The position numbers and the translations under genes are program-made. DNA of 64,000 bases, from NCBI RefSeq assembly GCF_009914755.1, contig NC_060928.1; one strand, written 5' to 3'. Source of the DNA: the human T2T-CHM13v2.0 reference genome, Homo sapiens. The notes under the pieces are model-generated. The model saw only the letters and a program-made list of their open reading frames with translations, did not search any database and was not told the DNA's origin. The stretch's first letter is position 1, and the number at the start of each line of letters is the position of its first letter. Positions 13,743 to 30,680 of this stretch are shown one piece after another.

Positions 13743-15718
13743 GAAGTGGATTTTTTTAGGATTAGAAATGGTATAAAAATTATAAGATGATTTTAATCCA
13801 TTATTTAAACAATCTGAACATAGAATTAGACTCTAATAACAGCTTGACACCTTGAATAGTCCTGGACTAAAAACTAGATCTTTTCAATATCTCCAAATTA
13901 ACATGATACCCTATTATTCAAAAGGCTTACAGCATTTTTATACTGTCTTATAAATTTATCAACTTAAAAATTTTTCTACTTATTTTACATGTAAAATAAT
14001 AAAAATATTTCAGAAAAATAATAAAACACATAATTCTCAGTTTTTAGAGATTTAGTGTCTTTCATTTATAGAAGGATCATGGGGATCATGATTAACATTA
14101 ATTAATTTGTCATTGCAAGTGTGAACTACTGACAAAAACATGCAATGAGTTTTAAAAAGACTCAATAATCCAAATATACTAATCACACACACACCTATGT
14201 CTCTCTCTCTCTCTCTATATATATATATACTCATATTTGTACATGTATATCACATATACATATATTTTAGCTGAGATGCAAAGACATGATAAACATTTTT
14301 ATAGATCAGAAATGAGCCCACAGAAATGCAAAGTAGTTTTGGGGACTATAGCCACTGGCCTGTTGGACTCCAGGGATTACAAGATAAGCATAGCAGCAAG
14401 GAGACTGGCTATTGAAGGGAAGAGCATTAAGAGCTCTCTGAGTGACATGGTTTTCAGTCAGTCTCAAAATTCAAATCCTGGGACTGGGAAAACATAAACC
14501 CTCTTTCTCTCAATTGTGCAAAGAGCCTGAAAAAAATGGCTATTTACTTGCTGCTTGGGATATGACATTACAGAAAGCCTGTTGACATATGGAAATGGAT
14601 AATAAAAACACAACCTCTTGACCAAGTACTGAGCCAAGTTGCCAGCTGGCTCTGTGATTGGATCTGCAATATCCTGGATACCTTTATGAAACAGAAACTG
14701 CCAGAAGCCGTTCTAATGATGACATCTGGTTTGGACACCCACAGGCTAGAAGGAAGCAACGACAAAATGGCAGAGTTGCTAGAGAGTTGGGGGGTGGGTA
14801 GGAAAAATACAAAATAAAAAAAAAAAGTAAAACACACACACAGACACACACTATAACACACCCCAATAACAGCAAAACAAAATCAAAATCTCTAAAACTT
14901 TTCTATTCAAAACATGCCTACAATCTGATCTTACTAAAATATTCAAGAAATCAAATAATTTAAAAAAGTGTTGAATGAATCAATGAAATACACTTTCACT
15001 CCAAGAAAAATTAATTTTATAACATGTCTGAGGGTTTAAAGTAAATAATGTTTGGAGGATCAAAAAATAAAATACCATAATACTGATTAAAAATAAACAA
15101 TAGATAAACAAAAATCAACCGTCACATAAGACTGGAAGATATGCAAAATAATAAATTAATACAATGGAAATATTTTCATAAAAATTGTGATAACTGAAAG
15201 GAAATACTATAGATAGGATAAGCTTGTATTATTCCAATATAAAAATTAAACCCAAATCAGCACAAAATAAAAGAATTTATTAAATTCAACATGGTGCATA
15301 ATTTCAGAATTCCCACAGAAGTATAAAAAAGATTCAGATAAGAAAATAGCAAAGAATCAATATTTGAAGGGCAATACCCAAGATAGTCTTGACATTCATG
15401 AAAGTCCTTGAAATATAAAATTCATTAAAAACTCCAAGCAGAAAAAAAAGAGCATAGTTTTACATCTGGTCACATCAGAGTGAAAGTTAAAAACAGCAGG
15501 GATAAAAAGAATAAGTAAAAAACTTCATGATAGAAAAGGAACAGCCTACTTGGCACTACTGACAATGGTATCTGTAAAGAACTAAGAGGAAATCATAGTC
15601 AACTTAAAGTTTAATATTCAGTAGACCTATCACTCAAAGTGAGAGCAAACTAAAACTAAATCAATAAAAGAATTTAAAGCTTAAAAACATACTATACTAT
15701 TTTAAAACAGTTTCTTTT

Positions 15719-16023
<305 letters not shown>

Positions 16024-16059
16024 TAAAACAGTTTCTTTTGCAAGAAGAGAGTAAGCTCA

Positions 16060-16300
16060 GGCCGGGTGCAGTGGCTCACACCTGTAATCCCAACACTTTG
16101 GGAGGCCACGCAGGAGGATAGCTTGAGCCCAGGAGATTGAGATCAGCCTCAGCAACAGAGTGAGACCCCATCTCTACAAATAATAATAACAAAAGAGCCG
16201 GGTATAACTTGAGCCTGGGAGATTGAGGCTGCAGTGAGCTGTGTTCATGCCACTGCACTCCAGCCTGAGTGACAGAGTAAGACTCTGTTTAAAAAAAAAG
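16060..16300 (+). mobile_element. AluJ-like with internal deletion in the right monomer
   Basis: J diagnostics 'ggaggatagcttgagcccaggag' and 'gaggctgcagtgagctgtg'. Confidence 0.9.
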
Positions 16301-17860
16301 AAGCAAGAAAGCAAGCAAGTAAGTTCATAGATATGAAAATAAAAAATAAAGTTGAGCAAAATAATTGTTGAAATATGTTAACAAATTCAACTCTTTAATA
16401 TAGAAATTAATATTTTTAGTGTGATTTTAAAAAGTAAAAAATCAAGACTCTATCATGTAAATAAGATGAATGTGAGAATAAGTAGTTAAACATGCTGAAG
16501 TCAGGTACATTAGTTATGTAATTATATTTTAGGTACAAAATGGGTAAAGATATTCAGAAAATAATAAAAATAAAGTCTGTTATTTCAAAATTGCTTGAGG
16601 AAAATAAAGGTGGGAAGGCAAGAAACTTTCTCAACACAGCAGAAGATACGACAATGGAAAAAGTGAAAAAAAGAAAATAAACAGCAATCAAACCCACAAA
16701 AAGATTACATAAATAAGTACAAATATATAAATAATTATAAAAACTATAGATGGATTTACATAATCTATAGAAAGAGATTAGTAGACTGAACAAATAAAAA
16801 TCTAGCTGAATGCTTTGAGTATTCTGTTTTTATAAAGCAGTGCTGTAGAAAGAGGTTGAGGAGTAGAAAGATCAAAATCTATGGAACATTCAAAGCCTCC
16901 CGCAGAGAAAACTGGTACAATATTAGAACATCAGACAAGACATAGTTAATGAAAAATTTGCTACTATGTATAATAAGTAAAGCAAAGATAATCCATCAAG
17001 AAAATGTAAGGATTGTGAACTAGTTTGCATATAATAGCTTCCAGTGTATATACATGTGTATGCAAGTGTGTGTGTGTAAGCACAGAGATATGCACACATG
17101 TATACATTTAAAGGTGTAAAAAACGAAAAAGGAGAACCTAAATTACAAGCACGTATAGGAAAGTATTCAACACACTTATTTTAGAAACTAATAGATTCAA
17201 TTAATAAAAATAATTTTGTAAACAAAAATATTACTTCTAATAATAAATTATTGGAATAGTCATAGTTAATGACTATAGCTGCACATAATTTTTACTTATA
17301 TCCCATATCTTTTTTCTCTAATTACTTTCTTTCAGAAGATCATGCCTCGCAAGGGTCTCTTGACTGTACATTGTGTGATTGTTTTATATGTGAAAGTTCC
17401 CATTGTTCTCTTTCACTCTTAACTAATAGGTCTGCCTAATAGTAAACTTTAAAAACTAACTTTTAACCACAAAATTGTCAAGACAACCGTAATAGATACT
17501 CAATTATACATGGAACAACAAATAAATTGACTTTATTACTCATAAAGAACATTTTAACAAGTTTTGAAGAATAAACATAGTAAACATATTCATTAATTAT
17601 AAGGGAATTAAATTAGAAAGAAACAATACAAATAATATGCACATATTAGAAAACTTTAAAATGCATTTCCAAACAACTCATGCATTCAAGAGGAAATATT
17701 AATTAAAATTACCATGTATCTAGAAGTGAATGGCAATTAAAAGACAATATATCTGGTTGTATTTACTTCAGATTTTGATAAACCTACTTTGCTAAGTCTA
17801 TTTTTTAAATTTAACTTCAATTATTGGAGAATAAAGATAATTATCATGGATGTTTATAGC

Positions 17861-17970
17861 CAGGGTTCCCATATAATTTATTGACTATACTGGGGTGCTT
17901 TGAAAGTGAAAGCGAGAACTATTAATAATTACTCTGGGTGCACAGAAATGATCTAAGATCATTTTCAGAG
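17861..17970 (+). mobile_element. MER94-like hAT-Blackjack MITE fragment
   Basis: 'cagggttcccatataatttattg...tttgaaagtgaaagcgagaactattaataattactctggg'. Confidence 0.6.
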
Positions 17971-18874
17971 CTAGAATTTAGAACAGTTTTAATATCTTCA
18001 GAAATTTATGTTGCTTTTTGTTTACTTATTTCAAATTGTGCCACATAGTTTAAGAATCAACTTTGAGTTTAAAATTCTATGTTTACAACAAAAGTGTTAT
18101 TACCGTGTTTTATTTAGCATTTCTTACATTTTCATAGAGGTTAATTTACTTGAAATCTTTGAAATTACTTCTCCCCAAGTTATTGTCCACTTCTAAATGA
18201 GTTTCTTTTTATATGCTATTTTACGATTTTCATCTACAGTTAAAGATTGACCAGATAATAATACATACAGTCTTGTGAATGAATTTAATTTTTCACAGAT
18301 AGCATAATAAATGTGTTCAAAATTAAGGATGCCTCAGGGTGATTTTGAAATTTCTAATATGAATAATAATAAGCTAAATTCAGACATTTCCTTAATACTG
18401 TGGAACTCACAGCAGCAAATAATTGGTGAAATTTTGCACCAGAGAAGTACAAGCAAAACTGTCATCATTGAGTAAAGTGTTTTTTCACCTTGTAAAATTG
18501 CCAGGTGGCCTACTCAATTCCCAAATTGCATAAATGCTTAACAATTAAATGTGACTTTGGATAGTCATTGTCTTTAATCTTTTTTTTTAAAACAGAGTTG
18601 CTAGGTTTGTTGAATGTTAAGATGTATGAGTAAGCTGATCTTGTGAATTTGGTATTACTGATACTCATGTACATGGGTGGAGAGTCTAATCAGTCCAGCC
18701 TTCATAGAATGTGTTCCATTCAAAAGGGTAAATGTTCCACAGATCCTCAGAGATTGCCAGCTCCCTACTCAGTTCTCTTGGGGAATTGCATTACTCTTTG
18801 GGATGTTGTGAGGCAGCATATTTTAAAATGATTCCTTAGGTCAGATATTTTAGAACATTTTGTTTTCCTTCAAT

Positions 18875-18956
18875 ATCCTTTCTTCAAATGTATATCAAAG
18901 AATCCTTTCTTCAAATGGATATCGAAGAAATGGAAGTTGAATCCTTTCTTCAAATG
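18875..18956. repeat. Three exact copies of the 16-mer ATCCTTTCTTCAAATG
   Basis: Copies at 18875-18890, 18902-18917 and 18941-18956. Confidence 0.9.
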
Positions 18957-21487
18957 ACATCAACAAATAATGTTTTAATGTTTTCCTTACTTTCAGTAGC
19001 ACTGAGATTTAGCAAGCTGGGCCTCCTTAACAATCTACAACACTGCTTACAAGTATGAGTGCTTCATTTTACTGAAATGCTGCTAGTGTTCTACGCTTCC
19101 TTTCACAGCAAACAATTATGTTCCAGAACTGTAGCTTAGACAATGTCATTTTCCCTCTGCAATTCTTCTGACTTCCCAGAAAGAATTTGACAGTTTTTAG
19201 GAAGGCAAAAGGATAGGCTATAATCTGGCAGCAATCTACCATTTTCCTTTGGTTTCCTGCCACATCATCTCACCATCACCACCTGCTTCTGGCCAGTCAT
19301 ATTTTACATCATTGAAAAAGTTACTTGATTTTATTCTACTTGCATAATCTTTATCAGAAAGTAACTCAAACACTTTTTCATTACAGCCTCTGTAAGTTTC
19401 CGGGATCTTGGAATCTCTTATTTTCAGGGTATTATGATAGATACTTGTTCTAAATTGCACGTGGTTTCCAAATAGACATGATAGTTATTTATTGTGCCAT
19501 CTATTCTGAGGTATTATAAAGATTATATATATTAGAAACAATTTAAATTATTTTAATAACCCCTCAATTAGAACTCAATCCCTGATTAAATTGAAGAATA
19601 AAAAAGATGCCACTTCCAGTGTTGAGGCCACTGAAAATAAAGGTTCCTTCAAGATTTTGTCAGGAACCAGGCTGTTAGAGCTGTTTCCAAACTGCCATAT
19701 CTGGTCACTTACACAGACTTAAATCTTTTTACAATTAGTGTCAGGTGCTGAATCTCAATCAGCCATATAAAAATTGGTATCACTTACAACTGTTGTTGTG
19801 GCTTCATCATTTTCACTCTATATTCCTTGCCTCAGAGTCAGAATTCCAACAGTGACATGTAGGTTTTCAGGAATTTGGACTGGCAAAGAAGTGTGGTTTT
19901 AACGGAGTACATTTTCAAAAGCAAAGCGGCACATGTGTTCTGCAGCTGAACTTCACAGAGATCCTGGTTTAATGAAACAGTAGTAGCCACCTTGTCTATA
20001 GTCCCTCAGTAGCAACAAAATGGTGGCGACAAAGGGAGAAAAATGTAACCGTTCACACCTTTTTTCATTTTTAATATAGATGTATTACTTTTTGGGAAAA
20101 AAAGGAGTTGAGGACATTATAATTCCCTAAAACCACTGTAAAAGGAGAAAAAAGTAAAGTAATAAAATTAGAGCTTCTATTTAACTCTCTGACACAGTGT
20201 ACCTCCACGTTAAATATGTGATTTTTCATGAAATAACACGTTAGTTTAAGCACAGGCTCCTACTGTCTATTCTTAATGTTACTTCAGCAGCCCCTATAAA
20301 AATAATGTCTTATTTCCTTGGGGACTAATTGGGCTGTGTCTACTTGTCTGGCTGCTGTAAGAGTAGGTTACATGTTTTGAACTGAGCTGTTCTTGTAGTT
20401 CTGTTTCATTGAGGAAGTTGGCTTTTTCTTCAGGTTTACTTATAGGAAGGTGTGGACAAATTAATAAGGACCCATAACTCATTGTCAGAATAGCTTGGGG
20501 TTTCAAGAAGCTAAGTAACTTTACTTCCTTCTCCAAATGTACTTGGGTATTCATTTGTCCATTTTAAAAACAAAACTAGCTAAATCAATAGATAATACTG
20601 CTACTGATTCTAATTTTATTCGTTTGTGAATAAGTGGGGAATGCATCAGAGTCAGTATTTGGATTTTCTACCAGCTTTAGGGGATAGCCTACATAGAGAT
20701 GTGTGTCTTTTATATGTGTGCTGCCTGATACCCACTGCCATGTGACTAATATGTGGCTCCAAATGACCTATAATTGATCATTAATCATATATATTTCCCA
20801 GATCAATAATTATTTAGGTTTACATCCCAATTTTCTTGCAATTTTTTACATCAAACTTCAAGATGAGAGTAACCATAAAGAACAACATTGCATTAATGAA
20901 TAGTCAGTGATTTTCCTCTTGCAGGTTATTAGTAATTTTTTTCCATACTCCTGCTAATTAGATGTGATAGAATAGACCTTTAGTAATGCCCTAAACAATA
21001 GAATTATTAAAATATACATATATTGAGGTTTCCCATTGCCATTGTCTAATTTAGTCATAATAGTTTCATATATATGTGTTTTTCAATGCTAAGATTTGTT
21101 GTTTAGCTATAAACAAGGCAAAGATTTGTTATATAAACTAAATTTGAATATTAAAAGAAAAACTTTCATGCAGATAAAGTTAGAGAATAGAAAATGTCTT
21201 GGAAACTTAGCAAATGAAATTGGCAGGCTTTCCTGAAAGTAGTATGGTATTACTGTTTCAATCATTATCAAAATACTTAAAAATTAAAATATAAAATGAA
21301 AAACAATTAGTACCATAGTAACAAAGCTTTTAGCACTAAAATTAGAATATAAAATATAAAATTATCAAATTAAAATTATTATAAATAAATAATTATTTGT
21401 AACAAAAACTTTTAGCCTTAGTTACATCTGTTTACTTCCTGACAAATAGCATGATATTATTAAATTATCCACAAGTAAGAAAAAAGA

Positions 21488-21790
21488 GGCCAGGCGCGGT
21501 GGCTCATGCCTGTAATCCCAGCACTTTGAGAGGCTGAGGGGGGAATCACCAAGTCAGGAGATCAAGACCATCCTGGCCAACACGGTGAAACCCCATCTCT
21601 ACTAAAATACAAACAATTAGTTGGACACGGTGGCACGTGCCTTTTGTCCCAGCTACTCTGGAGGCTGCGGAAGGGGAATCGCTTGTACCTGGGAGGCGAA
21701 GGTTGCATTAAGCCGAGATCGCGCCACTGCACTCCAGCCTGGCGACAAAGCAAGACTCCATCTCAAAACAAACAAATAAACAAAACACAA
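21488..21790 (+). mobile_element. Alu (AluSc-like)
   Basis: 'gagatcaagaccatcctggccaac' and the CCTGGCGAC 1-bp deletion; (CAAA)-type tail. Confidence 0.95.
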
Positions 21791-22072
21791 AGAAGAGGGG
21801 AAAGTCAGCATGTTTCCTCAATATCATAAAAGGTCATTGTCATAAATTATTTTGTTCTCTAGGAAAATTTACACGTTAACTCAAAAAAAAGAGACTTTGT
21901 TTTTTATATGTTGATTGGAGTCAACACATCATAAAGTTATTATGTTAAGCTGAAGAGTTTTGTTGAATAGAAAAGATAATCATTCCAAAGATTATAGTTT
22001 TATTGCCCTTACATAGTTTAGTATCTGACATAGACTCTCATTCTAACATTTTAAAAATGACTGTAAATACTG

Positions 22073-24794
<2,722 letters not shown>

Positions 24795-25002
24795 TGTAAA
24801 TACTGCTTCTAAAATGCCCTTGGAACCAGTTTTACTATTTTCTTGTTAACTCATTTATGAGTTAATACAATTTTGACACATGCTAGTTTTATATTTGTAT
24901 GAGAATAATGTTTTTCACTTTTCAAAAATTACACCTTGACACTATTAACTAACTGTAGGATTCAGAAAAATATTAGATCTTACCTTAAAAAAATTAAGTT
25001 CT

Positions 25003-25204
25003 GTCCTGGGTGTGGTGGCTCTTGCTCTTGCCTATAGTCCCAGCTACTCTGGAGAGTGAGATGAAAGAATTGCTTAAACCAGGAGTCCAAGGCTGAAGTG
25101 ATCTATGATTATGCCACTGCACTGCAGCATAGTTGACAGAGAGACCCTGTCTCAAAAAACAAAAACAAAAACAAAAAAGAAACAAAAAAAAAAAAAAAGA
25201 AAAA
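25003..25204 (+). mobile_element. Alu monomer (FAM/FRAM or AluJ right arm)
   Basis: Single monomer 'cctatagtcccagctactc...atgattatgccactgcact...gagaccctgtctc' plus A-rich tail. Confidence 0.8.
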
Positions 25205-25520
25205 CCTGTGCTAAGTGAAAGAAGCCAGTCACAAAAGACCACCTAATTATATGATCCCATTTATGTGAAATGTCCAGAATAGACACACCTATAGAAACAG
25301 AAAGTACATTAGTGCTTGCCTGGGGTTTGGATGGGGATAGGAATGGGGAGTGACTGCTAATATGTATGAAGTTTCTTTGAGTGATCAAGAATATGTTCTA
25401 ATATTAGATTTTGATGATGGTTATATAACTCATACTGTACTAAGATCCATTGACTTGTTTATTTAAATGAGTGAATATTATACTGTTTACATTACATCTC
25501 AAAAAATATTAAAAATAAAA
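25205..25520 (+). mobile_element. L1MB-type 3' end
   Basis: 'gctaagtgaaagaagccagtcacaaaagaccac...atgtccagaatag...gtgactgctaat'. Confidence 0.85.
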
Positions 25521-25653
25521 TATACTGCTATTGCTTGAGAGATTTTAATATATTACTCTATTCTCCAATATAAATTTCTGGAGTTTGAGTTATTCTTACT
25601 ATTCTAATTAGGCCATTGAAAGAGTAAACAGGGTATATTAATGTAGTGTGATC

Positions 25654-25959
25654 AGCTGGGGCGGTGGCTCATGCCTGTAATCCCAGCACTTTGGGAGGCC
25701 GAAGCAGGCAGATCACCTTGGTCAGGAGTTGGAGACCAGTCTGACCAACATGGTGAAACCCTGTCTCTACTAAAAATACAAAATTAGCTGAGTGTGGTGG
25801 TGCGTGCCTATAATCTCAGCTACTCAGGAGGCTGAGGCAGGAGAATGACTTGAACCGAGGAGGCAGAGGTTGCAATGAGCTGAGGTGATGCCATTGCATT
25901 CCAGCATGAACAAAAAGAGCAAAACTCCATCTCAAAAAAAAGCAAAAAGCAAAAAGCAA
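25654..25959 (+). mobile_element. Alu (AluSp/Sq-like)
   Basis: Full Alu; degenerate TSD TAATGTAGTGTGATCA / TAATGTTGTGTGGTCA. Confidence 0.95.
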
Positions 25960-27196
25960 TAATGTTGTGTGGTCATCTTTACAGTTTTATGTGCATGTGA
26001 AGGGAAAAAAATGAGCAATATTTAGGCTAATTGTAACGCATCTTGATAGTACTGAAGATTATATATATATATCAGATTTGGTCTGCTGTATTAGTCAAAT
26101 TATATGAAGGGTTTGGTTTTATTTGCTATTTCAAGACACATTCAGCAGTTAACAGTATTTCTTGAGGTTACAGGATTACTAAATTACCTGGATTTTGGTA
26201 ATAACCAGCATCTCAAATAAAAATGAAAAATAGTTGTCAGTAATCCTAATGGAAAAAGAGTCTTGTGTTAAAGTTTGCTATTTGCAAGCAAATATCTTCC
26301 TCCTTTTCTTCTGTCTTCCTTTTCCTTTATTTTTTCTCTTCAGAATCCTTCCCTCTTTCACTCCTGTTTGCCTCTAATCCTGTCGGTCCACATAATCACC
26401 ACTTATTGAGACAAATTTTTAGTGGCTGATAGCAGCTTAAATCAACGGAATAAATAAATATGTCAAGATTGAAGAGGGAAGAGTAATTTCAGTTTCAGAG
26501 GAGATTGAATTAACTATGTGGTTGGGAAAGATTTTGTCTGGTTATCTATACTCTAATCCTAAAATAGTAGCAGTATGTGATTTTTATAGTCACAAAGCTG
26601 AAGTCACGAGAATGGAAAGGCAGTGGTATGCATATATACAGCTTTCCTTATTGAGAGAACTTTGAGACTGTATTTCTCTCAGAGGACTGCAAAGAACTTT
26701 GTACAAAGAAAAGGAAATAAAATAGATTCCAAAATATCTTCTAAAATTATGGAATATGTAAGTACTCAAGGCATATTTTTATAGATTTGGTATTAATTTA
26801 TAAATGAAGATTTTTTTCATGTACTACTTTTCTTAAAGCTAAGTTACAAATTACCAAGTTTCTTGATCCCAATGCTGACGTTTAATTCCTTTTCCTAAAA
26901 GCCTGACCTTGGCAAAATAAAGCAGAGCCTGAATCAACAATAAATACACCTTCTCTATTTCCAGAACTCAAATAGTTTTACAGGTACCTTTTCAAAGACA
27001 CAGCTTTGGAGTGAGAATTTGTTCCCTTCCTGTATTCAGAAGGCTGTGTTATTTACATGTTGAGATGCATATTTTGGCTGGTAAGGAGTGTGTGATAATG
27101 AAAAACTTGCAACTTCTTTGCAGACAGCTTTGTCATTTCAGACAATCCCCTCCCTTTCCTGTCTGGAGCATTTTTGTTTTTGTTTTTTAGTTTTAA

Positions 27197-27584
<388 letters not shown>

Positions 27585-27967
27585 GGGATTACTTTTTATT
27601 TTTTTAATGGAAAAGATTCTGGAGTCTTTTTATCTTTGTGACATCAGATTATTTACACCCTTCTCATTCACAAGTTATAGACTAATGAATTGTTAAACTT
27701 TAAGATTGTTTAAAGTACATTTTCTACATAGCAAAACATGTGCATACTGTGCAACACTTAAAAATAACCCTACTGCAATGTACTTATCTATACTGATCTT
27801 GTATTCATAAGCTGTGCTCATTAAGTTTGCTTTTTAAAAATGATGATTTGTAGTAATTTCTTAACTGTTACAAAAAATCACAGTTTACAAATAAATTACA
27901 TAGCTCCAGAAACTTTGAATATTATATATCAGCCTTCTTTAATATTTTTACCCTGAAAGAAATACTT

Positions 27968-28291
<324 letters not shown>

Positions 28292-28626
28292 AATACTTAA
28301 ATATTATCACATTACTATGATCAATAAATTATAGAGATTATAATCCTTTAACAATTGTCAATGTGCTTTTGTAAAGAAAATATTTTTTCTGTGTATTTAT
28401 TTATGTTGGTCAATGTATTGACCTACTCTATTTGCATTATTCCCCATCTTCATCTTGGATCTCAACTCCAATGAAAGTTACCATTGCAGTCAAAGGAAAC
28501 TTCAATGTTTTAACTTTTTTTGTTTTCGTTGTTTTAAAATAAATTTTTTATTTATTTTCTTATTCATGTAGGCCTAAATTTCAAAAGATACTAAAGATAC
28601 AAGGTATAGAGTATGTCCTATTTAAA

Positions 28627-28931
28627 TTTTTTTTTTTTTTGAGGTGGAGTTTCGCTCGTGTTGCCAGGCTAAAGTGCAATGGCATGATCTCTGTTCACTG
28701 AAATCTCCACCTCCCAAGTTCAAGCGATTCTCCTGCCTCAGCCATCCAAGTAGCTGGGATTACAGGCACCTGCCACCATGCCCAGCTATTTTTTTTTTTT
28801 TTTGTATTTTTAGTAGAGATGGGTTTTCACCATGTTGGCCAGGCTGGTCTCGAACTCCCGACCTCAGGTGATCCGCCTGCCTAGGCCTCCCAAAGTGCTG
28901 GGATTAAAGGTGTGAGCCACCGTGCCCAGTC
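28627..28931 (-). mobile_element. Alu (AluSq/Sp-like)
   Basis: 17-bp TSD AGTATGTCCTATTTAAA at 28610-28626 and 28933-28949. Confidence 0.95.
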
Positions 28932-29412
28932 AAGTATGTCCTATTTAAAACAAACAAAAAAAGGATTTTAGTAAATTATTCAGGAAAACAAAAACCACAG
29001 CCACTCATACTTAATTTGTCCTTAAAAAATAACTTATTCTTTTCCTTTTCATAAATTTTATAAATTCAAAAGGCAAACAATATATTTTAGTTCAATAGCT
29101 TAGTAAAAATGAGATTATTTTTTGAAAGATAGACTTAGTAAAATTAATATAAACAAGTTGTAAATTGACATCAATGATTTATATTTGCAACATATTTTTT
29201 TATCATGTTGAATACCAGAGCTACTAAAACAAAACTAAATGAATTTTAATTGAAAGACATAAAACAGTATTTTCATACTAACTGATGTTTTCAAACTCAA
29301 ATAGATATCTAGCAGTTATAAAATGATTATATACATATGTAGCTGTTTAGAGGCCTCTGTATTAATTAAATGGTTAGTTTTGAAACCAAAAATAAATATT
29401 AAATGTATTTCT

Positions 29413-29962
29413 TTAGTGTGAAACCTGTGCTTCCAACCGGGGTCAAATTTGAACTAAACACACACAGATTTCATTTGCAACTGAAATGCGATGATTTCTG
29501 GTTTTGCTCATGATGCTTGCTGAGCAAAATAAAAGCTGGCTCATCTATATAAAATATGGAAAATACAGCAAAATGTTCATTGCTAGGATACTCTTTTTCA
29601 TAGAAATCTGGACCTGTAGAAGAGAAGATCAGCAAATTTCATCGAAGGTGAATGATCGGCATGAAGTTATTTTTTTCATTGCTAAAGTCAAGTTATTGGC
29701 CTAAAAAAAGATCAGATAACATTCCCTTACCCAGTCATCCAGTTGTACTAAAAAGGGAGTAAATTACTCTTCAATTTTGATCTGAAGTCCTTTCAGGTGG
29801 TTTTTAATAAGACAAGATATTATGATATTCTTTCTCTATCCCAAGTCCACAAAGTTGTGGAAACATTTCAACATTTCCTTTTACAAAATGATTTTTCCAA
29901 AGATTTTCCAAATATTTTTTCCAAATAACTTTCCTTTAAAAACCAGGACTTGTCACTCAACG

Positions 29963-29995
<33 letters not shown>

Positions 29996-30680
29996 CTACT
30001 GTGCAGAGTGGATTCCTGTTCAATAATTTCAGGTGATGAAAAATGTCTGTGAGGTAGTTTAGTTTTTGTAGTGATGTCTCATCTTTAAAGTACTCAATGA
30101 AACCTGACCAAGAGTTTTCTAGAAAATGATTTCTTCAACTTACCTTTCAGCTAAAACACCCTATTGAGAACTCTTCTTTGGGTAAGCAATGAAGTTTCCA
30201 CATGCTTCACAAGATTTATTTACTCTTTGTTCAGGGTTTCACAAACTTCTTTAAATACTCTTGAGTGAACTGATCTTTATTTATTTATTTATTTATTTAT
30301 TTATTTTGGTAATATTCTCAAAAAATTCTGTATTTCACATAGAAGAATTTTTTACACTGGGACTTCTCTGTGAAAAAAATGTGACATCATAATTTAAAAA
30401 AATAAGAGAAGTGAAACACTTCCTAAAGCCCATGATTGGTGAGGTACTATCTGTATAGGTACCAACATGTCCTTTATTTCCAGATATAAAGATCACATTT
30501 TAAAGAAATTGTGATCATGATTTATTTCCACTCTCTCTTCACAATAGGAAATACTTTATTGAATTTTGCCTTGATTTACAAATCTTGCAAATGCTACAGC
30601 ACAATATTTCCTGCACAAATCAGTTTACTTCTCAACCTAAATATATATGTTCCTTTTACATGAACCTATTCAGCATGTAA
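29413..30680 (-). pseudogene. Fossil hAT-Charlie transposase coding region (Charlie7-like, Buster/ZBED5 group)
   Basis: Hand translation of the minus strand gives, in order: AVAFARFVNQGKIQ, HVGTYTDSTSPIMG, FFHREV, VHSRVFKEVCETLNKE, RVLNRVF*LKG, KLNYLTDIFHHL, LWKNHFVKGNVEMFP, AMNILLYF, ISVANEICVCL, AQVSH* (stop 29413-29415); many stops and frameshifts. Confidence 0.85.
30276..30305. repeat. (TTTA)n microsatellite inside the Charlie relic
   Basis: Direct reading. Confidence 0.9.

Noticed and set aside
18875-18956. CRISPR-like repeat-spacer appearance
   Set aside because: Only three 16-bp repeats, with short related spacers of 11 and 23 bp, no cas genes, and primate genomic context
19069-20554. 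Minus-strand ORFs 19069-19263, 19236-19460 and 20294-20554 as exons or a processed pseudogene
   Set aside because: No protein family recognised, no clear splice-site pair, no poly(A) or TSD; a BLASTX/PhyloCSF hit would be needed
29501-29529. TTTTGCTCA...TGAGCAAAA hairpin as a terminator or ncRNA
   Set aside because: A 9-bp stem is expected by chance in 64 kb of AT-rich DNA, and it lies within the decayed Charlie coding region
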